Of a stretch of DNA of 64,000 nt, positions 42,399-53,203 are shown in pieces; position 1 is the stretch's first letter, and the number at the start of each line of letters is the position of its first letter. Source of the DNA: an uncultured Gemmatimonadaceae bacterium. GTDB lineage: Bacteria; Gemmatimonadota; Gemmatimonadetes; Gemmatimonadales; Gemmatimonadaceae. The stretch spans positions 2,208,001 to 2,272,000 of the forward strand of contig CAWJMB010000002.1 in NCBI GenBank assembly GCA_963843845.1, in the 5' to 3' direction. The translations under genes and the position numbers were made by a program. A model generated the notes under the pieces. That model did no database searches and had not been told where the DNA came from. It was given only the letters and a program-made list of their open reading frames with translations.

Positions 42399-43373
42399 CT
42401 AGCGGCTGGACGACGTACGCGCCGCGCGGAACGCCTGGGCGGATGCGGCGAGCCCGGCATCGACGCTCTCGGGCGGCCGCCAGCCGAGCGCCCGTCGGAT
42501 CTTCGTCGAGTCCACCCGAAGCGATCCGATCATCCGGTCCGCTTCCTGACGACGCCCGACGGCCGCCGCAGCGGCCCGGATCACCGGTGCGGGCACGGCG
42601 AACAATCGTGCCGGCCCGCCCAGCTGCTCTGCGAGGCGCGCGACGAGCTCCGAAGTCGACAGATCCTCGCCGTCGCTCACGTGAAAGAGCTGATTGCGTG
42701 CGGCAGGCTCCACACAGCACTGCAGCAGAGCGTCAGCGAGGTTCTCGACATAGATCAAGCTCCGGGCATTCTGGATGCCGCCGAGCGGGAGCGGGACGCG
42801 CCGCGCCAGGTCGGCGAGCGCGAGCAGTCGACGAAAGTTGCCGCCGACCCCTGGACCGTACACGAGCGGCGGGCGAACGACCACGGCTTCGATCGTCCCG
42901 GCGGCCCCCATCGCGAGCAGCGCGCCTTCCGCGGCGAGCTTCGAGATGCCGTACGGATCGATCGGCGCAGGCGCATACTCTTCACGGAGCGGCAGCACGC
43001 TCTCTTCCGCCGCAGCCTTGATGGAGCTGACGAACACCACGCGTTTCACCCTGGCCTTCGCGGCAGCGTCGGCCAACCGTCGTGTCGCATCGACGTTCAT
43101 GGCCGCGTACCGTTCGGCCGCATCCGCTGCCGTCTCGTTCAACACGTGCACCCGAGCGGCGAGGTGTACCACGCAGTCCACCCCCGCCACCGCATCCGAC
43201 CAGTCCACGGGCAGCGCGAGATCGCCCACGACGGCCGCGCGGCATCCGGGAACCAGCCGCTCGACCGACGCCGCGCTCCGTACCGCGGCGACGATGGCAT
43301 GCCCCTCGGCCACCAACCGCACGCACAGCCGTCGCCCGACGAAGCCGGTGGCTCCTGTGACTAGAATTCGCAT
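42399..43373 (-). CDS. NAD-dependent epimerase/dehydratase (WbpV-like)
   Basis: TGATGFVG, HLAARVH, SSIK, YGISK, RPPLVYGPGV. Confidence 0.9.
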   Translation of the reverse strand: MRILVTGATGFVGRRLCVRLVAEGHAIVAAVRSAASVERLVPGCRAAVVGDLALPVDWSDAVAGVDCVVHLAARVHVLNETAADAAERYAAMNVDATRRLADAAAKARVKRVVFVSSIKAAAEESVLPLREEYAPAPIDPYGISKLAAEGALLAMGAAGTIEAVVVRPPLVYGPGVGGNFRRLLALADLARRVPLPLGGIQNARSLIYVENLADALLQCCVEPAARNQLFHVSDGEDLSTSELVARLAEQLGGPARLFAVPAPVIRAAAAAVGRRQEADRMIGSLRVDSTKIRRALGWRPPESVDAGLAASAQAFRAARTSSSR

Positions 43374-43408
43374 CCCGTGCGTATGTCGCGAGGCGGCGAG
43401 GCCAGGGA

Positions 43409-44635
43409 TCAGCGTGCGGCCGCGCTGCCGCCGCGGAGTAGCGCGTCGTAGGTATCGAGCGTGATCCGGACGACATGCTCGATGCCGAATTCGCGCTCGG
43501 CACGCCGTCGCCCGGCGACGCCGAGCGCACGACAGCGGTCGGGGTCCGCGAGCAACCGCGCCAGTGCCGTCGCGAGTGCCTCGGCGTCACGTGGCCTCAC
43601 CAACACGCCCTCGATGCCGTCCGTCACGACGTCGCGGCATCCCGGGACATCCGTCGCCACGATCGGGCGCGCGCACGCTGCGGCTTCGAGGAGAACCTTC
43701 GGGCACCCCTCGCGATACGTCGGCAGACAGACGATCGTCGCCTCGGCGAGGACTCTCGGCATGTCGTCGCGGAGCCCCCACCACTCGATGACACCCTCCG
43801 CCTGCCATCGAGCGAGCTGCTCGGTCGACACGCTCGTCGGATTCGCGTCGGTGTCGCCGACGAGCACGAAACGCGCATCCATGCCTCGCGCGCGCAACGT
43901 GCGGGCCGCTTCGACGAACTCCCCGACGCCTTTGTCCCACAGCATCCGCGCGGCGAGCATCACCACCGGGACGCCATCGGGGACCCGTGACGCCTGGAAC
44001 GTCTGGAGGTCGACCCCCGACCCCACGGTGGTGACGACCGACGAGGCCGCGACGATGCCCCGCGCCACGAACTCGTCGCGGTCAGTCGTGTTCTGCAGGA
44101 TCAACCGCTGTCCGGGATGGCCGAGCACCCCGCGGAGAGCCGCCTTCGCCACGAAGCGCGCGAGCCCTGACAGCCGACCTCGCCGAGTGAACACATAGCC
44201 GAGGCCGGCGACGGCGTTCACGACCGCAGGTACGCGCCGTGCGCGCGCCGCGACACTCCCGTACAGAACGAGCTTGATCCCGACGTGATGCGTGATCGCC
44301 GGCTGCAGCGCGCCATAGAGGCGGGACAGCGCAACGATCGTGGCCGCTTCTCGCCACGGTCGCGTGCCCTGCCGCTCCAACGGGAACGGATGTAGCGGAA
44401 ACTCCTCACGCGCCAGCTCCGCATAGCCGAGTCCGTCCCGAGGAACGGCGATGTGGACGTCGTAGCCGGCGATCCGCGCCGCGCGCGCGAGCGGGAGGCG
44501 GTGGGTCGAGAAGAAACGCGGCTGACCGCAGACGAACAGCAAGCGTCCACGGCTCGGTTCCGCGCGCGCCGCCTCCGGGCCCTGCATCGGGGGGGCGGAT
44601 CGGCCCGCAACTCCACTCACCACGCTTGGATCCAC
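43409..44635 (-). CDS. Glycosyltransferase family 4 (CapM/WbpU-like)
   Basis: THRLPLA, GSGVD, ARMLWDKGVGEF, REGCPKVLLEAAA, TDVPGCRD. Confidence 0.9.
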   Translation of the reverse strand: MDPSVVSGVAGRSAPPMQGPEAARAEPSRGRLLFVCGQPRFFSTHRLPLARAARIAGYDVHIAVPRDGLGYAELAREEFPLHPFPLERQGTRPWREAATIVALSRLYGALQPAITHHVGIKLVLYGSVAARARRVPAVVNAVAGLGYVFTRRGRLSGLARFVAKAALRGVLGHPGQRLILQNTTDRDEFVARGIVAASSVVTTVGSGVDLQTFQASRVPDGVPVVMLAARMLWDKGVGEFVEAARTLRARGMDARFVLVGDTDANPTSVSTEQLARWQAEGVIEWWGLRDDMPRVLAEATIVCLPTYREGCPKVLLEAAACARPIVATDVPGCRDVVTDGIEGVLVRPRDAEALATALARLLADPDRCRALGVAGRRRAEREFGIEHVVRITLDTYDALLRGGSAAAR

Positions 44636-44810
44636 TGCATATCGGAAGGCGACGTGACCGCCTCGTCGACGAGCCGACGTGCATCGACGGTCCAGTGATG
44701 GCTACGGCAAATCGCGGATCCGTCTGCTGTCGAGAACGCTCGAGCCACGCGCGAACTACCGTAGAGTCGTTTCGGCCGTCGGCGGCCCGGATCGCGTTAC
44801 TATAGTCGAT

Positions 44811-45935
44811 ATGCGCCGGCCTCGTGTATCGGTCTCTTCGCGCCGCCGTGTCGCGCGTACCACTGCGGGGCTCGCGTTCGCGGTCGTCTGCCTGTCGGCG
44901 CTGGTCGGCTTCGCGCCTCTGCCCGACGCGGCCACGCGCGTGCTCGTCCGCAGCGCGTCCACGTGGATCTCGACCGACTACGGCGCCACTCGACGGGACG
45001 GCCTGCACCTCGCCCGGTACGTCGAGCGGAAGTTCGTCGCGTCACTCGCCGAGTACGGCCTCGCGGAAATGTTTCGTCGTCACCACCCCGTGCCCGACGA
45101 GGCCGACGAGGTCTCCCGGATCGCGGCGCGTCTCACGGCCGTTCGCGCGACGATTCTCAGCCAGCGCGAGCTTCCACACCGCGCCGGGAGCTGGCCGGTG
45201 TCGCTCTCCGGGATCGGCTGGTGCGACCAGATCAACGGCGTCGTCGCCATGATCCTCGCGGCCGAGTTCGATCCGGTCGACCTCGTGGGGGTGGTGGATC
45301 CTGTCACCGGTGCGGGTCACACGATCGGCCGAGCATGGTCGGACGACGGGGGCCAGTGGCTCTACTTCGACGTCTGGGGTGATCGCGCCGTCGTCTTCAC
45401 GGCCGCGCGCCAGGCGCAGGTGCGCATGCTGGCTGAGATCACCGTACCGTCCGAGGCTCCGCTGGATGCGAGCACCACGGCACTCCTGACGCGATTCTGG
45501 CAGCAGGCGCCGCTCGGCGTGCCGTTCAATCGGTTCGGCGCGACCTTCGGCGAGTATCTCTGGTTGAAGGCGCAGCGACGGTACCGCGAGCAGCCTCCCT
45601 CCCCTGCGGACGACACACCCGCGGGCGACACGCCGGGAATGCCGCGCGGAGCGGTCGTGGCGCGTTCGGGCGTCGTGGTGCCGCCCGGCTCGTTGCCGAT
45701 CGACCCGCTTCCGCGTCTCGCGGCGAACCGGTTCCTCGAGGCCCGACTGGCACAGTTCGCCGACGACACCGTGGCCGCTCGCGTCGCGTACCGCGATGCG
45801 ATCCACGCGGCGGCAGGCGGGCCACACGGCGCGCTTCGCGAAGCCGCGGCCATGCATCTCCGGCGCCTGACCGCGTCGGCCCCGCTCGCCAGTGCTCCGA
45901 TGCCCCGCACGAATCCCGACGCGCCGCACGAATGA
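44811..45935 (+). CDS. Hypothetical membrane-anchored protein with transglutaminase-like Cys-His-Asp motifs
   Basis: N-terminal hydrophobic segment; GWCDQ, GHT, WLYFDVW; stop overlaps the flippase ATG. Confidence 0.6.
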   Translation: MRRPRVSVSSRRRVARTTAGLAFAVVCLSALVGFAPLPDAATRVLVRSASTWISTDYGATRRDGLHLARYVERKFVASLAEYGLAEMFRRHHPVPDEADEVSRIAARLTAVRATILSQRELPHRAGSWPVSLSGIGWCDQINGVVAMILAAEFDPVDLVGVVDPVTGAGHTIGRAWSDDGGQWLYFDVWGDRAVVFTAARQAQVRMLAEITVPSEAPLDASTTALLTRFWQQAPLGVPFNRFGATFGEYLWLKAQRRYREQPPSPADDTPAGDTPGMPRGAVVARSGVVVPPGSLPIDPLPRLAANRFLEARLAQFADDTVAARVAYRDAIHAAAGGPHGALREAAAMHLRRLTASAPLASAPMPRTNPDAPHE

Positions 45936-47440
45936 CGTCTCTTCGTCGCAACGTCTCGGCGAATCTGCTCTCCAACGTCTGGTCGACGGCGCTCTCACTG
46001 CTTCTCACCCCGGTCTACGTCCGGGTGCTGGGCGTGGAGAGTTATGGGCTGGTCGGGTTCTACATGTCGTGGGTCTCGATCCTGGCGATCCTCGACACGG
46101 GCATCTCGGCGACGGCGACCCGCGAAGTCGCATGGCTCCGCGCGAGCGACGAGCGACGCGGGGAGGTCCCCATCGTGCTGCGAAGCCTCGAAGTCGTGTA
46201 CTGGCTCCTCGTCTCGCTCGTCGGCGGGGCGTTGCTCGCAGCCGCGTGGTGGGTCGGAGACCGGTGGTTCACAGCCTACACGATCCCGCCGGCGACCGTG
46301 CGCGACGCGATGGCACTCATGGCGCTGTCGCTCGTCGTGCAGGTGCCGTCCGGGTTGTACGTCGGTGGCCTGATCGGCCTCCAGCGGCAGGTGGAGTCAT
46401 CCGGCCTCCTCGCTCTCTTCGGGACTGTCCGCGGGTTCGGAGCGCTCGCGGTGTTGTGGTTCGTCTCGCGAGACATCCGCGCATTCTTCCTCTGGCAGAT
46501 CGTGTCGTCGGCGCTCCAGACCGGTGTCCTACGGATGGCGCTGTGGCGCGCGAGCCACGTGGCCGGCTCACCAGCGCGCTTCTCCCTGAGCCGCGTGCAC
46601 GCGCTGAAAGGCTTCGCCGGGATCGTCATCCTCGTCAGCGCCATCAGCGTGATCATGGCGCAGTCCGACAAGCTCATCCTCAGCAGGTCCGTCTCGCTCG
46701 AGGAGCTGGGCTACTACATGGTCGCATGGACAGTCGCGGCAGGCCTCTCCCGCGTCGTCGTCCCACTCGTCCACGCATTCAGCCCGCGCTTCACTGCGCT
46801 CGTCGCCCGCGGCGACACGGTGGCCCTGGCGGCGGAGTTCGGGCTCGCGAATCGGCTGCTGAGCGCCGTCGTCATCGCCCCCGCCGTCGTCCTCAGCGTG
46901 CTCGCCGAGCCGATTCTCTCCATCTGGCTGGGATCCAGATCCGTCGCCGCCCCCGCGGCGTCACTCCTCCCCCTGCTGGTGGCAGGAGTGACGTTCGTGG
47001 GATGCTCGTTCCCCGCGCAGAGCGTGCTGTACAGCAAGAACGAAACGCGCTCCGTGCTGCGCACCCAGTTGGCGACGACGGTCACCTTCCTCCCCGCCCT
47101 CGTGTGGGCGGCGCACCGCTTCGGTGCCACAGGGGCGGCTACGACCTGGGCCGCGTACGGTGTCGCCCAGTACGTCGCATTTCAGGCGACCGCACTGCGA
47201 AGCGCCGGTGTGCGCGTCGTACCCGCGCTGGCGCGTGACTTCGCGGCGCCGCTCCTCGCTGCCGCCGTCGTCGCGGCGCCGTTCGTCGAGCTGGTGAGCA
47301 TCGTCCGCGGACGCCTCGCCGTCGTGGCCGTCATCGGCGTCGCGCTCGCCGTCGCCTGGATCGCGTCCGCCCTCGCGGCAGGCGATCTCCGAACCAGGCT
47401 ACTCCACCAGCTCGGGCGAGCGTCCCGAGCCACTGTCTAG
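45932..47440 (+). CDS. wzx: Second Wzx-type flippase
   Basis: RNVSANLLS, LGVESYGLVG, LDTG, SDKLILS, LGYY; multi-TM. Confidence 0.85.
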   Translation: MTSLRRNVSANLLSNVWSTALSLLLTPVYVRVLGVESYGLVGFYMSWVSILAILDTGISATATREVAWLRASDERRGEVPIVLRSLEVVYWLLVSLVGGALLAAAWWVGDRWFTAYTIPPATVRDAMALMALSLVVQVPSGLYVGGLIGLQRQVESSGLLALFGTVRGFGALAVLWFVSRDIRAFFLWQIVSSALQTGVLRMALWRASHVAGSPARFSLSRVHALKGFAGIVILVSAISVIMAQSDKLILSRSVSLEELGYYMVAWTVAAGLSRVVVPLVHAFSPRFTALVARGDTVALAAEFGLANRLLSAVVIAPAVVLSVLAEPILSIWLGSRSVAAPAASLLPLLVAGVTFVGCSFPAQSVLYSKNETRSVLRTQLATTVTFLPALVWAAHRFGATGAATTWAAYGVAQYVAFQATALRSAGVRVVPALARDFAAPLLAAAVVAAPFVELVSIVRGRLAVVAVIGVALAVAWIASALAAGDLRTRLLHQLGRASRATV

Positions 47441-47480
47441 CGCGGCCGCGTCCCCCCGCGCGACGCGACGGCGCTACCGT

Positions 47481-49437
47481 TCATGGCGTCGCGCGCATCG
47501 AGCGCAGCCAGGCCTGGAGCATGAGCACGCCCCACAGACGGGATGCATGATTGCCACGACGTTCCTGCTGCTCCGTCCAGGTGGCACGGATGAGCGCTGG
47601 GTCCAGGATGCCCCCGTCGCGCAGCGATCGCTCGTCCAGCAGCTCCTCCGCCCACGCTCGAAGGGGGCCCCGCAGCCATGCGTCGATGGGCACGCCGAAG
47701 CCCATCTTCGGGCGGTTCATCATGGCATCGGGAACGTACCGGGACAGCACGCGCCGGAGGATCCACTTTCCGCGGCCGTCCCGAACCTTCATGGACAGCG
47801 GTAGGCGCCAGGCGAACTCGACGACTCGGTGGTCGAGGAAGGGCATGCGTCCCTCGAGGCTCACCGCCATGCTGGCACGATCGACCTTCGTGAGGATGTC
47901 GCCCGGCAGGTAGCTCACCGTGTCGAGCAGCATCATCTCGTCAGCGAACTCCGCGAAGCCACTCCGCGTCGCGGGGTCGGTGATCGGCGCGAGTGGCTCG
48001 GCGATTCCGTGCACGAGCGCCGAGGGCGCCGGCCATGAGCTCGAGAGCTCGTGATACAAGGCGAACCGATCCTGCGCGCCGAGATACCCGGCAGCAGCCG
48101 TCACGCCGTGGCGAAGTCGCGAGGCGGTCGCTCGCCGCGCGACGACGCGCTCCCACACGGCCGCGGGGATTCGATTCAGGCCGCGGGCCGCGGCCCGGCG
48201 CACGAACCGCGGCACCGGCGCCAGCGTACGCCACAAGCGCGCGCCGCTCGTGTGCCGCCGGTAGCCAGCGAAGAGCTCGTCGCCGCCATCGCCCGACAGC
48301 GCGACCGTCACGTGAGCGCGCGCGAGTCGAGAGACGAGAAACGTCGGAATCTGCGACGAGTCGGCGAATGGCTCGTCGTACATCGACGGCAGCAGCGGGA
48401 CCACGCTCATCGCCGTGTCCGGCGATGACGTACAGCTCCGTGTGGTCGCGTCCCGAGGTGCTCGAGCGACCTCGGCGGCGTGTACGGCCTCGTTGTAACC
48501 CGGCCTCGGCGAAGCCGATCGTGAACGTGCGCACCGGGCGCGTGCGCCTGCGCCTGCATGAGCGCGACGACCGTGGACGAGTCGATCCCGCCGGAGAGGA
48601 ACGCTCCGAGCGGAACGTCCGCCTGCATGCGGAGCGCGACCGCGTCGCGCAGCAGCGTGTCGAGCGCATCCTCGGCGTCCTGCGGAGAGCCCGCGAACCG
48701 GTCGGCCGCGCCGGCGAGTGCGGCGCGGTGTGCCGACCAGTACGACTCGACAGACGGTGCGTGGCGACGGCCGATCGCGTCCCACGAGAGAGTGAGCAGC
48801 GCACCCGGCTCGAGCTTCGAGATGCCGGACCAGATGGTGTAGGGCGCCGGCACATAGTTGTAACGCAGGTACAGCGCGACGGCGCCGCGATCGACCGTTC
48901 CGGTCGCACGCCGGGTGCGCGTAGAACGCCTTCAGCTCGGAGCCGAACAGAAACGTCGACCCGACCCACCCGTAGTACATCGGCTTCTCGCCGAGCCGAT
49001 CGCGCGAGAGGTAGAGGCGTGCGTTCCGCACGGTCCCAGAGCGCGAACGCGAACATGCCGTTGAACCGCTCGAGCGCGCCGCGAACGCCCCACCGCTCGA
49101 ACGCCGCGAGCATGACCTCGGTGTCGGAGTGGCCGCGCCACTGCGGCGGCTCTGGGCCGCGCCCGAGCTCCTGGCGAAGGTCTCGGTGGTTGTAGATCTC
49201 GCCGTTGAAGGCGAGCGCGTAGCGTCCGCCGGCGGACGCCATCGGCTGGTGCCCTTCCGGAGACAGGTCGACGATCGAGAGCCGCCGGTGGCCGAGCGCC
49301 ACCCCGGCCTCCCCGCACACGAACGCGCCCGCGTCGTCTGGCCCGCGATGGCGGATCGCGTCGCTCATGCGGTCGACCTGTGCGTTCAGCTCGATCGGTG
49401 GCGCGGGCGCGCCGATGAAACCGCAGACTCCACACAT
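47481..49437 (-). CDS. asnB: Asparagine synthase (glutamine-hydrolysing) family amidotransferase, frameshifted
   Basis: MCGVCG, HRGPD, LGHRRLS, FNGEIYN, SGGIDSS, SGDGGDE, KVDRASM, PFLD, KMGF across several frames. Confidence 0.9.
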
Positions 49438-49638
49438 GCTCAGCTCGTTTTGCGGCGACTCGTCCGGTGTCGGCTCCAGCGCTTGTCCGCACGCGGCGGG
49501 GAGATTCCGCCATGGCACGTCGCGCAACATAGCCGTCCGCACGGAACGTACGGAAATCGGGACCTAGCCCCGTTTCGACCAGCTACCTTCTCCTCGCCCG
49601 CGCGACCGCGCGCCGGCTGATCACCCGCGCTCACCCTC

Positions 49639-50814
49639 GTGTCCGACACCCCGCCCGCTCGCCTCCGCATCGCACACGTCGTCCCGGCGCTCACGAAAGG
49701 TGGCGCCGAACGCGTCGTCGTCGAGCTGCTCCGTCATGCGGTCGCCGACGGCCACGACGTCACCTGCATCGTGGGATGGGAGACCCCGCCCCCGGGCGTG
49801 CGTCACATGGTGCCCGACGGTGTGCGACTCATGTTCGTCGAGCGGCGCCGGAGCGCCGTGCCGCTCCGGTATGCGCGCGCATCGGCGTGGGTGCTTCGAC
49901 ACCAGGCGCTGTTCCGCGAGTTCGACGTGCTGCACTGTCATCTCACGTACGGGGCGTTCGTCGGTCTGCACGTGGCGGTGCTGCGGGATCTCGCGCGCGA
50001 ACGGCGGCCGGCGGTCATCGAGTCGTATCAGGCGGTCGGCATGGGCATCACGAGTCTGCAGCGCAGAGCACACCGTCTCCTGGCCAGTCGTCGCGACGGT
50101 CTCGCGCTGATGGCTGACGACGAAAGCTGGGAGGCGTTCGCGCGACGGCGGCCCCGGTTGGTGTACCGCACGATTCCGAACGGAGTGAGCGATCCCCGCA
50201 TGCACGAGGTGAGCGCCGACGAGCGGCGTCGCTATCGGCGCAGCCTCGGGATCCCGGACTCGTGCACGCACGTCGTCGGGACGGTCGGCATGCTGCGCGC
50301 CGATCGGAAACCGTGGCGGTGGATCCCGATCTTCGCCGAGATCGCGCGCGCCGTCGGACCGCACGTGCACTTCCTGATCGTCGGCGACGGTCCCGAGCGC
50401 GCACGGATCGACGCGCTCATCGCGCAGCACCGCCTCGGCGGGCGGGTGCACGTCGCGGGCGTCGTCGATCAGGTCCGGATGCCGTTCTCGGTCATCGACC
50501 TCTATCTCACGGTCAACGTCGGCTCCGGAACGGGGATCGCTGCGACCGAAGCGTCACTCGCGGGCCTTCCCATCATCGCCTTGCAGTTCACCGCCGGTTT
50601 CCGCCCCGAGCCCGATCCGTGGATCTGGTCGAGCCCGGACGACATGGAAGTCGCGTCGCGAGCGGTCGAACTGCTTCGTGACGATCGCGCGCGCAGCGTG
50701 CTCGCGCGCAAGCAGCAGTCGTACGCCCGGGCGCATCACACGACCGAGGCGATGGCAGCTGCCTATGCGGACGTGTACCGCGCAGCGATGGGCGTGCGCT
50801 CGCGCCCTGCCTGA
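49639..50814 (+). CDS. Glycosyltransferase family 4
   Basis: GGAERV, IPNGV, VGMLRADRK, IVGDGPER, EASLAGLPII. Confidence 0.82.
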   Translation: MSDTPPARLRIAHVVPALTKGGAERVVVELLRHAVADGHDVTCIVGWETPPPGVRHMVPDGVRLMFVERRRSAVPLRYARASAWVLRHQALFREFDVLHCHLTYGAFVGLHVAVLRDLARERRPAVIESYQAVGMGITSLQRRAHRLLASRRDGLALMADDESWEAFARRRPRLVYRTIPNGVSDPRMHEVSADERRRYRRSLGIPDSCTHVVGTVGMLRADRKPWRWIPIFAEIARAVGPHVHFLIVGDGPERARIDALIAQHRLGGRVHVAGVVDQVRMPFSVIDLYLTVNVGSGTGIAATEASLAGLPIIALQFTAGFRPEPDPWIWSSPDDMEVASRAVELLRDDRARSVLARKQQSYARAHHTTEAMAAAYADVYRAAMGVRSRPA

Positions 50815-52181
50815 TCGTCGCGCCCGGCCTCACGGACGTCTCGACGCGCGCGGGCGAGGTAGGCCAGCAACAGCAGCATCGCCGGCAACACCTGGAGTCG
50901 GAATCGTACGGCGGTCCCGAGATTCTGGTACGAGATCGGGCCGTACACGACGGCCCAGAGCAGGATGAACGCGGTCGCCCAGAGCAGAATGGGATCGGCG
51001 AGATCGCGCCACCGCGCTCGCCGGATCGCTACGGCGAGCAGACAGAGCACCACCAGGTTTTCGAGGCCCGCGAGCGCGCCGAAGGCGTTCATGACCTCGC
51101 CGGGCAGGGGCCGGAAGAGCGCCGTCACCACCCCGAGCGGGATGAACTTGAGGAGCTCGACCGGGTTCGACAGGTTCGCGGCGAGCGTCTGAGCCGACCC
51201 GCCCTCTGCCCACGCCTGCGACGTCGTCTGCAGGAGGTCGAGGCTTTCGGAGAGTGTTTCCAGCGCGATGCGGTCGCGCAACGCGAACAGCAGGGTGCCG
51301 CCGAGGATCGCGCAGCAGATCACGACGAGCAGCTTTCGCCCGACGCCGCGAACGGACGCCACCGCGACGGCGGCGAGCGGGAGCAGGAGGATCGGGCCCA
51401 GCCACGAGCGGATCGCCATCGCGATCGGGAGCCCGACGAGGACGGCGAGTGCGCCCCGCTTCCGCCGCCCATGGAACACGGCGGTGAGTCCGTACGTCAC
51501 CAGCGCGATGCCGAGCAGCGCGATCGGGTCCTTGCCGAGGATCGACGACCAGAACAGGATGGACGGCACGCACGCGAGCGCGACGAAGACCGCTGGCCGC
51601 CGCTCGCCGATGACCAGGCACGCCGCGCGGTACAGCACGAAGATGCCGACCAGACCGATCATCGACCACGTCACTTTGAGCGCGTGGTACGACGACGGGA
51701 GCCAGCGCGCGTGCAGCCACGCGAGCGCCTGGATCATCCTCGTGCCGCCGGCGTCGCTTCCGATCCGCAGCTCCGACCACTCGTAGCGCGGCTCCTGCGA
51801 CGATTGGAAGTACCAGTAAGCGTCGAGCGCGGCGTAGTTCCACTCGTACAACAGCATGAAGCCGAGGGTGACGAGGCACTTGACCCCCCACATGCCCCAG
51901 AGTGCGCGGCGTTCGGCCGGCGTGACCGGCCACGCGGCGATGCTCAGGCCGAGGGCGACCGCCCAGACCACCCCTTTGACATAATCCACCGAGACGTCGG
52001 GCGACGAGATGTTCCGACCCAGCGCGGCGACGACCGCGAGTATGGCCGGCACGAGGAGCATCGCCACCCCGCCGCCGAGCGCGACGAGCGCTGTCACCTC
52101 GAGCGCATGACGGCCGCCGGCGGCACGCTCCGACACATCACCGGTACCGGCGCGAGCGTTCGCGCCAGCGCGCTGCCTCAT
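50763..52181 (-). CDS. Multi-TM Wzy-like polymerase / GT-C-like membrane protein
   Basis: DAYWY, PSILFWSSILGKD, LFRPLP, NLGTAVRFR; about 10 TM segments. Confidence 0.6.
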   Translation of the reverse strand: MRQRAGANARAGTGDVSERAAGGRHALEVTALVALGGGVAMLLVPAILAVVAALGRNISSPDVSVDYVKGVVWAVALGLSIAAWPVTPAERRALWGMWGVKCLVTLGFMLLYEWNYAALDAYWYFQSSQEPRYEWSELRIGSDAGGTRMIQALAWLHARWLPSSYHALKVTWSMIGLVGIFVLYRAACLVIGERRPAVFVALACVPSILFWSSILGKDPIALLGIALVTYGLTAVFHGRRKRGALAVLVGLPIAMAIRSWLGPILLLPLAAVAVASVRGVGRKLLVVICCAILGGTLLFALRDRIALETLSESLDLLQTTSQAWAEGGSAQTLAANLSNPVELLKFIPLGVVTALFRPLPGEVMNAFGALAGLENLVVLCLLAVAIRRARWRDLADPILLWATAFILLWAVVYGPISYQNLGTAVRFRLQVLPAMLLLLAYLARARRDVREAGRDDQAGRERTPIAARYTSA

Positions 52182-53203
52182 GGTGCGGGGCGGACGCGCG
52201 CTCGATCCCGCAACGTGAGCCAGACCACGCCCGCGGCGACGACCGTTCCGCCGACGAGGCCGCCGAACACCGCTTTGAGGAGCAGCCCACGAGGGTCGGG
52301 GCGATCCGGGAGCGAGGGGGGGTCGACGATCATCACGACCGGCGTGTCGCGCAGCTCGTCGATCTTCGACTGCTCGAGCGAGCGCGCGAGCGCGGAGTAG
52401 ACCTCCTCGTAGCGGCGTACCTCGCGCTCGAGCTGCCCCTCACGGAGCGCGAGCTGCGGAGAGAGAAAGCTCCGGTTCGACTCCCGGAACGTTCGCAGAC
52501 GCTGCTCCGCCAGCGCGAGCTCGGCCGCGACGTCGCTGAGGCGGCCCTCCGTGAACCTGCGCTCTGCGCCGGCCTGCGACTGGCTCGACTGCTGATTGAA
52601 CCGCGTGACCTCCGACAGCACGCGCGCGGTGACTTGTTGGGCGAGCGCCGCGGACCCCGTCGTCGCCGACACCGAGATGATCCCCGTCTTCGGGTTGAAG
52701 CTGCTCCCGATGACCCGCGTCTGGAGCCGCCGAACGGTTTCGGCGGTCAGGCGGCCGGTGTCGGCTCGCGGCACGTCGATCTCGAGCGCATCGGGGAGCG
52801 TGACGGGCCGCGGCGTCGTGCCACACGGATCGCAGTAGCGGGCCCCGACGACGGCGGCCAGCACGCTGCGCGACCTGATGACGTCGACGTACAGCGCCGG
52901 CGACTGCGCCGCGTCCGCAGTCGGCAGCGAGATGCCGAACTGCGAGGCGAGGCCGGCGAACGACGGAGCGCTCCGCGCGCCACGCAGCACGAACGTCGCC
53001 GACGAGGTGTAGGTGCGGTGGCGAACGCCCTCGCGCGCGCCGACCGCGAGGACGGCCAGCACGGCGCCCGCGACGATCACGCGCCGCCGGTGCGCCAGCG
53101 CGGCCAGCACGGCGCGCGCCTGATCGGACGCGTCGGGCACGGCCGCCGCGGGGGGTCGCCGCGCGGAGGAACCGTCTTCCACAGTCGTTGGGAGGCTGGA
53201 CAC
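52178..53203 (-). CDS. Wzz/PCP chain-length determinant-like protein
   Basis: Two TMs flanking a coiled coil; LAS.FG, IRSRSV, IVDPPSLPDRP. Confidence 0.78.
   Translation of the reverse strand: MSSLPTTVEDGSSARRPPAAAVPDASDQARAVLAALAHRRRVIVAGAVLAVLAVGAREGVRHRTYTSSATFVLRGARSAPSFAGLASQFGISLPTADAAQSPALYVDVIRSRSVLAAVVGARYCDPCGTTPRPVTLPDALEIDVPRADTGRLTAETVRRLQTRVIGSSFNPKTGIISVSATTGSAALAQQVTARVLSEVTRFNQQSSQSQAGAERRFTEGRLSDVAAELALAEQRLRTFRESNRSFLSPQLALREGQLEREVRRYEEVYSALARSLEQSKIDELRDTPVVMIVDPPSLPDRPDPRGLLLKAVFGGLVGGTVVAAGVVWLTLRDRARVRPAP

Noticed and set aside
44811..49437. Lasso-peptide cluster (transglutaminase-like B2 plus AsnB-like cyclase)
   Set aside because: AsnB has a complete Ntn glutaminase domain (MCG) typical of glycan amidotransferases; no RRE/PqqD gene or precursor peptide was seen
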